Assembly: GCA_031426555.1 (NCBI GenBank)
Contig: JANPLN010000069.1
Span: forward strand, 1 to 51,729
Source of the DNA: Bdellovibrionales bacterium
GTDB taxonomy: Bacteria; Bdellovibrionota; Bdellovibrionia; Bdellovibrionales; JAGQZY01
Length of the DNA stretch: 51,729 nucleotides
Reading direction: 5' to 3'
Both the position numbers and the translations under genes were made by a program. The notes under the pieces are model-generated. The model made no database searches. It was not told the origin of the DNA and worked only from the letters and a program-made list of their open reading frames with translations. Position 1 is the first letter of the stretch, and the number at the start of each line of letters is the position of its first letter. Of this stretch, positions 36,555-45,803 are shown piece after piece.

Positions 36555-37648
36555 ATGGAATCCCAGCCCCAAAACCAAAGGGGAAGTGGGAGAAGTTTAT
36601 TGAGCTTCTCCAGAGTGGCTTCCGAAAACGCATGCATTTCTGACGGCTTTTGCGGGCCAAACAACAAATGAATGATATCGGATTCCGATTCCGTTTTGTA
36701 AACGCCTTCGCTGGTCCCAAAGTACAGAGTGTTCTCGTGCATCTCGATGGCAAAATCATTCAAACCCATGCGACGTGCGGTTTTTTGTACCTTTTTCACC
36801 AACGAATGTTTGTCGATCAGCTTGATCATTCCAAGAATGCCCTCGTAGGATTGAGCCCCGCCGCTCAAGCAGCGACGAATTAAATTTTTACAGTGCGGAG
36901 GTGTGATGACGATGATTTCTTTTTTCTGTTGCTCGCGAGCGGCGATAAAGAGTTCTACCAAAGCCGACGTATTGCCACCCCATTCGTGAATATAGCCTTG
37001 GAGGTCGATGCCTTTACCTTCGATGGCATAAGCTTCCATTTGGTTATTTTTGTTCCAAGCGGTGTACACGCGAGAGTTTGGAATCTGCAGGTATTTTTTT
37101 ATATCGTCGATGGAACGATGACTGGTTACAGAGTGGAGATTATAAAGTCGCAGCAGAGCGTTGGGGTCGATCTGTTTGGTATTTAAAACTTTTAAGTCCG
37201 TGCGGCGTTCTTGCGGCTTAAAATTGTCGTTGATGATTAAACTGAGTTCAGTTCCGGCCAATTCAAATTGAAAGTTTTTGTAAAAATCAAAGAGATCAGT
37301 CCATAAAACTGCGAAGTCACACTGTAACGATTTTGCATGGTCGATGCAGTTATCAATGAGGTGCGAGCTGAGCCCCTGCTGCCGAAAGCGAGGGTCCGTC
37401 ATGACGCTGCCGATGATGGCCACATTAAAGAGAGAGTAGGGAGTTTTGATAATCGTTGGCTTAACAACAGCATGGGAAATTATTTTTTTATCATCATCGG
37501 TGATGATGCGAATATTGTGAGCATTTTTAGCTTCAAAAGCGAGAGGGTATTCATCGCTCACTGACCACCCATCTGTGGTTCTGTTTTGATTTATAAATTC
37601 ATAAACTTGATTGAGCTCGTGGGCCTCTGGTGCGCGCGGTTTCTGCAT
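36551..37648 (-). CDS. GNAT acetyltransferase (Eis-like tandem GNAT)
   Basis: IGSVMTDPRFRQQGLS acetyl-CoA motif, FYKNFQF; AAAAGGGGGAG RBS. Confidence 0.85.
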   Translation of the reverse strand: MQKPRAPEAHELNQVYEFINQNRTTDGWSVSDEYPLAFEAKNAHNIRIITDDDKKIISHAVVKPTIIKTPYSLFNVAIIGSVMTDPRFRQQGLSSHLIDNCIDHAKSLQCDFAVLWTDLFDFYKNFQFELAGTELSLIINDNFKPQERRTDLKVLNTKQIDPNALLRLYNLHSVTSHRSIDDIKKYLQIPNSRVYTAWNKNNQMEAYAIEGKGIDLQGYIHEWGGNTSALVELFIAAREQQKKEIIVITPPHCKNLIRRCLSGGAQSYEGILGMIKLIDKHSLVKKVQKTARRMGLNDFAIEMHENTLYFGTSEGVYKTESESDIIHLLFGPQKPSEMHAFSEATLEKLNKLLPLPLWFWGWDSI

Positions 37649-37779
37649 AACTCCCCCTTTTCACTTATCATAGCTGACGCGGGAGTAGATTCTCATCTAT
37701 TCAGCGGCTGATCTCGACAAATAGCGGTGCTGGTTCGTTAAAAATAGACTTTGTGCTGAGAGCCGCTCCGAGAGATGAA

Positions 37780-37808
37780 TTGACACTATTGGGGTTGTGT
37801 TCAAATAT
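37780..37808 (+). promoter_or_regulatory. Possible sigma-70 promoter giving a leaderless transcript
   Basis: TTGACA-N17-AAATAT with ATG 37814 five nt downstream and no Shine-Dalgarno. Confidence 0.4.
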
Positions 37809-37813
37809 GGGTT

Positions 37814-38296
37814 ATGATTCTGGCCTATCTTGAAAGCTTCAAATATGTTGGTCATTTGTGGCCCATTTCTCTTCTTCGGTTTGTCATTGGCTGGCAGTAC
37901 CTTCGTATGGCCTTAAATCACGTCAATTCGAGCTATTTGCAGCATCCTTATCTGAGCGAGCAGTTGCGCTTAAAACTGGAAAGCATCGGCGTTCTAAATG
38001 GCTATTTGCACTTTTGGGAAGTGCAAATCCAGGATAGCTGGCTTGTGGTCAGTTACCTAATAGTGATTACGGAATTTTTAGTAGCAGCCTCCTACTTCTT
38101 GGGATATTTGGTGCGTCCCGTTGCCTTATGGGCTGCGTTTTTATCCCTCCATCTCTTTTGGATGGTGGAAGCGCAAGGGGACTCCACGCAACTTCTCGCA
38201 TTTTTTATTCACATTACTTTTTTTCTCATTGGTGCCGGCCGCTGTTTAGGCTTCGATTATTATTTTTATAAAAGTCGCCGCGGACTTCTTTGGTAA
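37814..38296 (+). CDS. DoxX-family membrane protein
   Basis: LLRFVIGW, E......LG..VR, GAGRCLGFD. Confidence 0.75.
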   Translation: MILAYLESFKYVGHLWPISLLRFVIGWQYLRMALNHVNSSYLQHPYLSEQLRLKLESIGVLNGYLHFWEVQIQDSWLVVSYLIVITEFLVAASYFLGYLVRPVALWAAFLSLHLFWMVEAQGDSTQLLAFFIHITFFLIGAGRCLGFDYYFYKSRRGLLW

Positions 38297-39336
38297 TGAT
38301 GAAAGCACCCTCGTTCATTTTGATGTACTTTATGGCCTTTATGGTGGTTGTTGGTGGGTTGGCGAGTTTTTTTCAGTACGAGAAAAAAAATCCACAAACT
38401 GCAAACAAAAATGTGTTGCGCGTCCTCTCCTACAGCAGCTTCATTAAGGAGTGGGGGCCTGGGCCGATCTTGGCGAAAGAGTTCGAAGACGAAACCGGCA
38501 TTAAGATCGAGTGGATCGATGCGGGCTATGCCGGACAAATTTTAGAAGAATTAAAAAAAAACGAAAACTCAGTGGATGCCGTATTGGGCTTGGACCTGAT
38601 TGCCATGCACGAAGCAAAAAAAATCCTGCAATGGAAAAAACTCAATCGCTACAACACTTATTTTTCCCGGGAGTTGCCGTCGGGAGTGATCTTTGACCAA
38701 TTTTTACCAATTGATTGGTCGCCGATGACATTTGTTTTCAAAAAGAAAATGGCACTCCCTCCACAACGCTTGGAAGATCTTCTCAATGCAGATTTTGCCA
38801 ATTCTTTGGGACTGCAAGACCCAAATATAAGCTCCACGGGTTTTTATTTTTTAGCCTGGATTATGTCGGTGATGGGTGAAGAAAAGGGCTTTGAATATCT
38901 CAAAAATCTAAAGAACTCCATTCGCGTGGTGTCCCCGTCGTGGTCGGCCTCGTATGGCTTGTTTAAAAACAATCTCGTTCCTCTTGTTTTTACCTTTTTT
39001 ACCTCGCCGATTTATCATCACCTCAACGAAAAAGACTTTAGCTACCAACCCATCTACTTTGATGAGCCACTGATCTATACTGTGGAGTACGCAGCCGTGC
39101 CGGCAACTTGTACTTCGTGCGACGATGCTCAGCTCTTGGTGGAGTTTTTATTGCGAATGAGCTCGCAAAGAACCATCATGGAAAAAAACTATATGCTGCC
39201 AGTGGTTGAAGGTGTGCGCAAAGGCACAGCTTTTGACTTTTCTAAAAATATACAACTGATCAAGCCCAATGCGTTTTTAAAAACGATTGATAACAAAGAA
39301 AAAATCTTAAACCAATGGAACAAGACAGGGCTTTGA
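38290..39336 (+). CDS. thiB: Thiamine-type ABC transporter substrate-binding protein
   Basis: YSSF..EWGPGP, AVLGLD, QDP..SSTG, WSASYGLF, TSP.YH. Confidence 0.8.
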   Translation: MVMMKAPSFILMYFMAFMVVVGGLASFFQYEKKNPQTANKNVLRVLSYSSFIKEWGPGPILAKEFEDETGIKIEWIDAGYAGQILEELKKNENSVDAVLGLDLIAMHEAKKILQWKKLNRYNTYFSRELPSGVIFDQFLPIDWSPMTFVFKKKMALPPQRLEDLLNADFANSLGLQDPNISSTGFYFLAWIMSVMGEEKGFEYLKNLKNSIRVVSPSWSASYGLFKNNLVPLVFTFFTSPIYHHLNEKDFSYQPIYFDEPLIYTVEYAAVPATCTSCDDAQLLVEFLLRMSSQRTIMEKNYMLPVVEGVRKGTAFDFSKNIQLIKPNAFLKTIDNKEKILNQWNKTGL

Positions 39337-40791
39337 TTGTCGCCAAAAAAGCTTTCCATCTTTTTTTTCGTTGCGCTACTTTGGCTGCCTTCTTTTCTCG
39401 TTTTCAAAAACTTCGATTTTTTTCACGTCGAAACACTCTTGCGGTCGCAAAACGCTCTGTTGTCGTTTTTGCAGGCGCTTTGCAGCTCCCTCGTCACTTT
39501 GCTCATCGCGTTTCCTGCAGCCTGGGGAATGCTGGCTTTAAAGCGTCGTAGTTCAGCCCAGCTTTTTTTTATTTTTGAGTTTTTAGTTTTGATTCCCAGT
39601 TTTCTGCCATCCTTGATGGTGATGATCAGCGTCTTGGTGCTCCTGCCCTCATTTCCATTTGGATTTTGGGGAGTTGTTGGCATGCATACAATCATCGAAG
39701 TTGGGCTCGTTGTGGTCTTTCTCACTCGTTGGCTGGAGATCAAACTCCGCACCTACGAACCGCTTTTTGAACTGTATCCAAAATCCTTAGGCCAACAGTG
39801 GTCGCTGACGTGGCCGCTACTCAAGCGCGAACTTTTTATGGTTTTTGGCTTTCTGTTTGTTTTCTTTCTGACGAGTTTATCTGTGCCCATCATCATGTCG
39901 GGTGCGGATCGCTATGTGAGCCTTGAGTATTTAATTTATGCCAGCTTAAAAAATCGCGGCGACTGGAACACGGCTCTGCATTTTTATTTGCTGCAGCTCG
40001 GATTTATTTTTCTTTGTTTGTCCTTCTTGCCTCGGCGGGAGTTGGAAGATCCGGAAACTGAAACAGTGGCTTATGGAGGCCATCGCCAAGGACTCATGCT
40101 TGCGCTCTTGGCCTGCGTGCCGGTCGTTCTGTGCTTACTGGGGTTGGTGATGCATTTTTTTGCGGGACTGCAGGCGATGCAACGCGAGCCCGTGGAATTT
40201 GCATCTGCTGTTGTGGGGTCTTTGTTGCTGGCATTTATGAGTGCGGGATTTGTCTTTGTTTTTTTATCGGGGCTTGCCTATTTTTATCAACACGCGCCGA
40301 CACGGAAGTATCTTCAATTTTGGACCATTCCCAGCGGCGTGGTGATTGGATTTTTTTGGCAGCAACAATTAGCTAGTGCCGCGCTGGTGAGTCTGTTGGT
40401 GCTTTCGGCGGTGATTGCATTTTTATTTTTACCAACGCTCGCTAAGCTTGGCGTGTATCAACAGATCGAAAAGCTTCATGAGCAAATCGAAATGGCAGAG
40501 CTTTTAGGAGCTTCGCAATTTAAAATTTTTAGATTGATCACGTTTCCATTCATTTTGCCGTGGATTGCGCTTTCCATGGGGCTGGCCTCGCTGTGGGCCA
40601 TGGGAGACTTTGCGATTTCAAGGTTATTTGTTCGTACTGATATTACCTTGGCTTTAAAAATGCAAAGTTTGGTGGAGCAATACCGTTGGGAGCATGCACT
40701 TTTTCTTGCGTGGTTTTTATTGCTTATGAGCGCTGTTGTTTTTCTATTTTTTGGAGGGTTTGCCTTTGTCGCTTATAAAAAACTTAAATAA
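39337..40791 (+). CDS. thiP: ABC transporter permease (ThiP-like)
   Basis: Multi-TM with duplicated permease domain, EMAELLGA loop, MGDFA. Confidence 0.7.
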   Translation: MSPKKLSIFFFVALLWLPSFLVFKNFDFFHVETLLRSQNALLSFLQALCSSLVTLLIAFPAAWGMLALKRRSSAQLFFIFEFLVLIPSFLPSLMVMISVLVLLPSFPFGFWGVVGMHTIIEVGLVVVFLTRWLEIKLRTYEPLFELYPKSLGQQWSLTWPLLKRELFMVFGFLFVFFLTSLSVPIIMSGADRYVSLEYLIYASLKNRGDWNTALHFYLLQLGFIFLCLSFLPRRELEDPETETVAYGGHRQGLMLALLACVPVVLCLLGLVMHFFAGLQAMQREPVEFASAVVGSLLLAFMSAGFVFVFLSGLAYFYQHAPTRKYLQFWTIPSGVVIGFFWQQQLASAALVSLLVLSAVIAFLFLPTLAKLGVYQQIEKLHEQIEMAELLGASQFKIFRLITFPFILPWIALSMGLASLWAMGDFAISRLFVRTDITLALKMQSLVEQYRWEHALFLAWFLLLMSAVVFLFFGGFAFVAYKKLK

Positions 40792-41422
40792 AGTTTACGA
40801 GAATTTTACCATGGACATCCCAGAGCTGGAGTGGCCCGACACCGGTGTGACCGTCCTGTGGGGCGAGTCGGGTGCTGGTAAAACCACTTTGATTCGTTTA
40901 TTGATTGGCTTGGAAGACGCCTCGTACGATTGGGTGTTTGGCTCGGAAAATATCGCCAAGCTGCCTCCAGCGCAAAGAGGCCTGGGGGTTGTTTTTCAAA
41001 GCCTCGCTTTATTTTCCCATTTAACCGCTCGGCAAAATATGGAGTTTGTGTTTTCTAAGATCTCAACAGACGAGCGCCGCGAGCTGGAGGATGTGAGTCG
41101 CTTTTTAGAAATCGAGTCATTTATAAATCAAAAAGTTCACAGCCTGTCGGGAGGCCAAAAGCAACGTGTGGCCCTGGCGCGCGCTCTTTTAAAGGCTCCG
41201 CGGCTCTTGATGCTGGACGAGCCGTTCTCGGCTTTGGATTATCAACTTAAAAGACAGGCCCGCTCCCTTGTACAAAAAATTGCACGGGAGCGAAAAATCC
41301 CGGTTTTGCTGGTGACCCACGACCCAGAAGACGTGCGTCTCCTGGCTCAGCGAGTCGTCATTCTTGAAAAAGGACGAATAAAGGCTTCCCAAATGCCCGA
41401 AGACTTTTTAAAACTCCTGTAA
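40766..41422 (+). CDS. ABC transporter ATP-binding protein (ThiQ-like)
   Basis: GESGAGKT, LSGGQKQR, LDEPF, VTHD; GGAGG RBS before TTG 40766. Confidence 0.9.
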   Translation: MSLIKNLNKVYENFTMDIPELEWPDTGVTVLWGESGAGKTTLIRLLIGLEDASYDWVFGSENIAKLPPAQRGLGVVFQSLALFSHLTARQNMEFVFSKISTDERRELEDVSRFLEIESFINQKVHSLSGGQKQRVALARALLKAPRLLMLDEPFSALDYQLKRQARSLVQKIARERKIPVLLVTHDPEDVRLLAQRVVILEKGRIKASQMPEDFLKLL

Positions 41423-41449
41423 CTCTATCCAACTTCAAAGGGGCCCAAT

Positions 41450-43486
41450 ATGTCCATCACTCCCTTAACAGTCCAAAACAAACTGCATGGCAATCCAACT
41501 TCAGAACTGCTGTGGAGCCAGTCGGTAAAAACACGCGGCGGCGGCACTACAAAAGTGGCTTGCCCCGTGGCGTCTCGAGCGATGATTGCGTTGATGGACA
41601 TGGCTGCCGTTCAGGGCGGAGCCGCCAGTCACTTTGGTGGACCTTCAGCGTTTGCCGAAATCATGTCCAGTGCCTTTGGATATTTTTTTGCGAAGGCCAA
41701 AGAGCAGAACAAGCAATGGCATCAACTCTTCCACTTTGTAAACGATGCTGGTCACTGCGAAAACGGACTCTACGCCATCAAAGCCAATTATCGATTGGCG
41801 GGATTGAGTTTGGAAAGCTTAAATCAATTTCGTTCCGTTAATAGCGTTCTCACGGGTCATGGTGAAGCGCATTTATTTCCCGAAGGTGTTTATATCAGTA
41901 ACGGCCCCCTTGGATCGGGCCTCCCACAGGCCCAGGGTTTGGCCATGGCCGAAGTGTTGTCTGCGCAACCACGGGTGACCTTTGCCGCCATTTCTGACGG
42001 TGGTTGTATGGAAGGGGAGGCGCGCGAAGCTCTGGCCGCCATTCCCGGTTTAGCACAAAATAAACGCCTCGGACCGTTTGTGTTATTGATCAGCGATAAC
42101 AATACAAAACTTTCTGGCCGCATCGATCAGGATTCTTTTTCCATGCAACCCACCTTTACTGCTCTCGAAGCTTTGGGTTGGAATGTGCAAAAAATCGAAA
42201 ACGGCCACGATTTACAAAAAGTGTTTTCTGCCATCGAAGCCGCCGACGAACAGATTCGCAACTCGCCAGCCAAACCCATCGCCCTGTGGTTTAAAACCAT
42301 CAAAGGAAAAGGCGTTTTAAAAACCGAGCAGGCAGCCACTGGTGGACACGGTTTTCCTCTTAAAAAAGCCGACGAGTTGCCACCGTTTCTGCAAGAAATA
42401 TTTCAAGGTCAAACGGTGCCAGCGCCCTTCACTGAGTGGATGAATCGTTTGATTGCACAGGAAAGCAAACCTGCCGCGCCAGCTGCCCAGGGCAGCGGTG
42501 CTGTGGCAACGAAAAAAGAAAAAATTCAAGATGGCGTGGCCAAAGCCCTCAACGAAGCCGTGGAAAAAAATCGCTATCCAGTGATTTCGATCTCTGCGGA
42601 TCTCCAGGGCTCCACAGGAGTTGAGTCGTTCAGAAAAAAATTCCCACAAAACACCTTCGACATTGGTGTGGCCGAAGCCAACATGGTGAGCGTTGGAATT
42701 GGTTTATCCAAACAAGGTTATATTCCCGTGGTGGACACCTTTGCTCAGTTTGGGGTGACGAAGGGCGCTCTGCCCTTCATCATGAGCGGGCTCTCCGAGG
42801 GCCCCATGATCGGCGTGTTTTCGCACACGGGATTTCAAGATGCCGCTGACGGAGCGTCTCACCAAGCGCTATCCTACATTTCGATGTTGGGGTCCATTCC
42901 CAATGTGGATTTGTATTGCCTCACTTGCAGCGACGAAGCCTATGCACTGATTTCGCAAGCGGTGGAAAAATTTGTTCAAGCCCGCGCAAAAAATCAGGTT
43001 CCACGCACGTCCATATTCTTCTTGGGCCGCGAAACGTTTCCGCCGTCTTTTAATTCACAACTGAAATACGAAATCGGCAAAGCGCAAATTCTCAGCGATC
43101 AAATCCAGGGGACAAAAAATGTGTTGATTGCAGTTTCGGGTTCGCTTGTGACTTACGCTCTAAAGGCGCAAGAGGAACTTAAGAACAAAGGAATCGGCAG
43201 CATTGTGATAAATCCTTCGATCATGAATCACATCGACATCGCTAGTTTAAAAGCCGCCATGGAAAAAACGAATGGAAATATCATTACACTCGAAGACCAT
43301 CGCCAGGTGGGCGGAATGTCGTCGTACATCAGCCAGGCCTTGTTAGAAAACAAAGTGATAGTCAAAAACTTTGTGAGCTTGGGAGTGGCAGAACACTTCG
43401 GACGAAGCGCCTACAAAGCCGACGAACTCTATCGCGCCAACAACATGGACGACAAAGCCATCGTCACAGCCGCGTTAACTTTCTAA
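41450..43486 (+). CDS. Transketolase-like TPP-dependent enzyme
   Basis: SHFGG, DAGH, GPLGSG, SDG..MEG..N TPP motif, GVAEANM, DGASHQ. Confidence 0.85.
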   Translation: MSITPLTVQNKLHGNPTSELLWSQSVKTRGGGTTKVACPVASRAMIALMDMAAVQGGAASHFGGPSAFAEIMSSAFGYFFAKAKEQNKQWHQLFHFVNDAGHCENGLYAIKANYRLAGLSLESLNQFRSVNSVLTGHGEAHLFPEGVYISNGPLGSGLPQAQGLAMAEVLSAQPRVTFAAISDGGCMEGEAREALAAIPGLAQNKRLGPFVLLISDNNTKLSGRIDQDSFSMQPTFTALEALGWNVQKIENGHDLQKVFSAIEAADEQIRNSPAKPIALWFKTIKGKGVLKTEQAATGGHGFPLKKADELPPFLQEIFQGQTVPAPFTEWMNRLIAQESKPAAPAAQGSGAVATKKEKIQDGVAKALNEAVEKNRYPVISISADLQGSTGVESFRKKFPQNTFDIGVAEANMVSVGIGLSKQGYIPVVDTFAQFGVTKGALPFIMSGLSEGPMIGVFSHTGFQDAADGASHQALSYISMLGSIPNVDLYCLTCSDEAYALISQAVEKFVQARAKNQVPRTSIFFLGRETFPPSFNSQLKYEIGKAQILSDQIQGTKNVLIAVSGSLVTYALKAQEELKNKGIGSIVINPSIMNHIDIASLKAAMEKTNGNIITLEDHRQVGGMSSYISQALLENKVIVKNFVSLGVAEHFGRSAYKADELYRANNMDDKAIVTAALTF

Positions 43487-43508
43487 AAGGTACCAAGTAC
43501 CTTTTAGA
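43482..43508. repeat. 12-bp inverted repeat between convergent genes (terminator or REP-like)
   Basis: tctaaaaggtac-caa-gtaccttttaga. Confidence 0.7.
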
Positions 43509-43740
43509 CTTTGTCTTTCGTGCTTTGCTTTTGGCTTTGGGCTTCGCGGTTCATGTCGCCGTGAAGTTTTTGTTTGGCAGAATCGGTGACATCAAGTTCG
43601 TTTTCGTCCTCGCCTGACATTCCTTTTTTAAATCCACGAATTGCATCGCCCAAGGAGCGTCCCAATTGTGGGAGCTTTGCCGGGCCCATTACAAAAACGA
43701 CCACAATTACGGCCAAAATCAGCATATGCGAACCACTCAT
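43504..43740 (-). CDS. tatA: Twin-arginine translocase subunit TatA/E
   Basis: N-terminal TM, GPAKLPQLGRSLGDAIRGFKK; AAGGAGG RBS. Confidence 0.92.
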   Translation of the reverse strand: MSGSHMLILAVIVVVFVMGPAKLPQLGRSLGDAIRGFKKGMSGEDENELDVTDSAKQKLHGDMNREAQSQKQSTKDKV

Positions 43741-43796
43741 AAATCCTCCTTAGTTAACCGATATCCTTCAACATTTCGGCATAAATATAGTCTAAC

Positions 43797-44939
43797 TTAA
43801 GTGGGACGTCGACTGTCTTTTTGCAAACGACGCCATTGGTGCACCTCAGGGAGAGTGAGGTGATGATAGGCTGCTGCAAGTCCCAGTGCGAGATCAAAAG
43901 AGCGGTTGGTGAGCAAATGTTCGCGGTGACGACCGCGCATTTTCTCGGGTACTGGATGTTTGCCTAGTTGTTTTACAAGATTGAGCGCTTGCGTGAAAAG
44001 CTCGGACTCCACCCGGTGCATCCCCAATTCCAAACGCATAAACGCATCCAATTTTTCGTCGATCCGCGCCGATAAGGACTGAGTCCAGGATTCGTTGTGA
44101 GCCGCTAAAAAGGCATACATAAAAACCGCATAGAGAGCGACCGCTTCGGCCGCTCCGCGCATGAGTTCAAAACCCTGATCGAGGTAGTGCAAAAACATTT
44201 TGGCTTTTACGGGATCCTCGAGCAGTGCATGCACCGACGGCAACATGCTTTTGAGAATTTGCAAATCATAGGCCTCAAGCAACGCCCGCGAAGGATCATC
44301 AAGGCGCAAAATTTTTAAAAGATCTTCGCGCACGCGGGGGAGTACAGCTTTGCTCAGCAGGGGAGCGCCATCGAGCATGGCTTGTCGAAGGTTGGGTTCG
44401 ATGGAAAATCCAATTTTGTGAGCGAAGCGCAAGGCGCGAAGGATGCGGATCGGATCCTGCTCGATTCTAATTTTTGGATCTCCGATCATGCGCACGACGC
44501 GAGCGCGAATATCGTTGAGGCCTTCGGTGAAATCGATGATCTGCTTCTGCGTGGGATCGTAAAATAAGCCATTGATCGTAAAGTCTCTTCGCAGAGCATC
44601 GTCCTTGGGCTCGCCATAGATGTTTTCGTCCACCAGATCGGGGCTCTCTTCGTTGAGGTAATTGAGGGAGCGGAAGGTGGAAACTTCGAATTGCTGTCCA
44701 TAGCGTCTGACAAGAACCAAACGAAACCGGCGGCCAATGAGAAACGAAGGACGGATGATTTTTTGCACTTGCTCGGGGAGAGCCATGGTGACTATATCGA
44801 AATCTTTGGGTTTAATACCTACCAGAAGATCGCGAACGCAGCCGCCCACTAAATACGTGGTAAAGTTTTTCCGTTGCAGGTGCTCAATGATGTTGAGAGC
44901 TTCGGGGTCGATTAGGTTTGCGTCGAGTTCAAGTTTCAC
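43797..44939 (-). CDS. pcnB: Poly(A) polymerase I
   Basis: VGGCVRDLL, KDFDI, PAP-specific LIGRRFRLVLV, RRDFTIN, DPIRILRA. Confidence 0.88.
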   Translation of the reverse strand: MKLELDANLIDPEALNIIEHLQRKNFTTYLVGGCVRDLLVGIKPKDFDIVTMALPEQVQKIIRPSFLIGRRFRLVLVRRYGQQFEVSTFRSLNYLNEESPDLVDENIYGEPKDDALRRDFTINGLFYDPTQKQIIDFTEGLNDIRARVVRMIGDPKIRIEQDPIRILRALRFAHKIGFSIEPNLRQAMLDGAPLLSKAVLPRVREDLLKILRLDDPSRALLEAYDLQILKSMLPSVHALLEDPVKAKMFLHYLDQGFELMRGAAEAVALYAVFMYAFLAAHNESWTQSLSARIDEKLDAFMRLELGMHRVESELFTQALNLVKQLGKHPVPEKMRGRHREHLLTNRSFDLALGLAAAYHHLTLPEVHQWRRLQKDSRRPT

Positions 44940-44969
44940 AGAGTGCTCTTCATCAGGTGGTGATCGTTC

Positions 44970-45773
44970 ATGGCGTCATATAGCGAAAATTTTAACTACC
45001 AAATCATAGGTGCAGATGCCAACCCCAAACTTGTATTCTTACATGGTCTGATGGGTTTTGGAAGCAATTGGAAGTCCACCGCACGCCACTTTGAGGACCG
45101 TTTTCAGAGCCTGCTTTTAGATCAGCGGGGGCATGGGCGTTCCTTTCGGCCACCCACCGGTTATAAGATAGACGACTATGTATCTGATTTGGAACAGATT
45201 TTGGCGTCGCTTGGGTGGACCCAAATCACCCTGGTGGGGCACTCCATGGGAGCCCGTGTCGCAGCTCGTTTTGCCGAACGTTTCCCCAAAACGGTGAAGC
45301 GCCTGATCTTGGTGGACATGGGGCCCGAATCCAGTATTTCCACGATGACATCGGTGGAGGAAAAAATTAGAAGCGTCCCAGTTCCTTTTGCATCGCGCGA
45401 TGAGGCGAGGGCCTATTTTGATGGGCCGTTTTTACAAAAATATAAAAACGCAACGCTCAAGCAATTTTTTTACGCCAATTTAGAGCAAAAGCAAAATGGC
45501 GAAATGAGCTGGCGATTCTTTCTTCCCGGGATTCTTGAAAGCCTCTGGCAATCCCGCACTGTTCAGCAGTGGGAAACCTTCCGCGCATTTTCCATGCAGA
45601 CCCTTTTGGTCCGCGGGGAACTGTCTACAGATTTACCGCAGGAACTCTTTGCCAAAACCCTACTCAGCAATCCAAAAATTCAAGGTCACGTGGTCTCGGG
45701 CGCGGGGCATTGGGTGCATGTTGATAAACCCCAGGAGTTGCTCCAAATTTTTGAAGACTTTCTCGCAAAATAG
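44970..45773 (+). CDS. Alpha/beta hydrolase (YbfF-like esterase)
   Basis: LHGLMG, DQRGHG.S, GHSMG, AGHWVH. Confidence 0.9.
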   Translation: MASYSENFNYQIIGADANPKLVFLHGLMGFGSNWKSTARHFEDRFQSLLLDQRGHGRSFRPPTGYKIDDYVSDLEQILASLGWTQITLVGHSMGARVAARFAERFPKTVKRLILVDMGPESSISTMTSVEEKIRSVPVPFASRDEARAYFDGPFLQKYKNATLKQFFYANLEQKQNGEMSWRFFLPGILESLWQSRTVQQWETFRAFSMQTLLVRGELSTDLPQELFAKTLLSNPKIQGHVVSGAGHWVHVDKPQELLQIFEDFLAK

Positions 45774-45803
45774 ATGATAGATTCTCTCTTTTAAGGCAGG
45801 GAA

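Noticed and set aside
37722..37790. TPP riboswitch upstream of the thiamine transporter (agcggtgc...gctgagagccgct)
   Set aside because: Resembles P2/P3 with UGAGA, but the downstream ACCUGAU...UAAU...GCGnAGGGA half is absent
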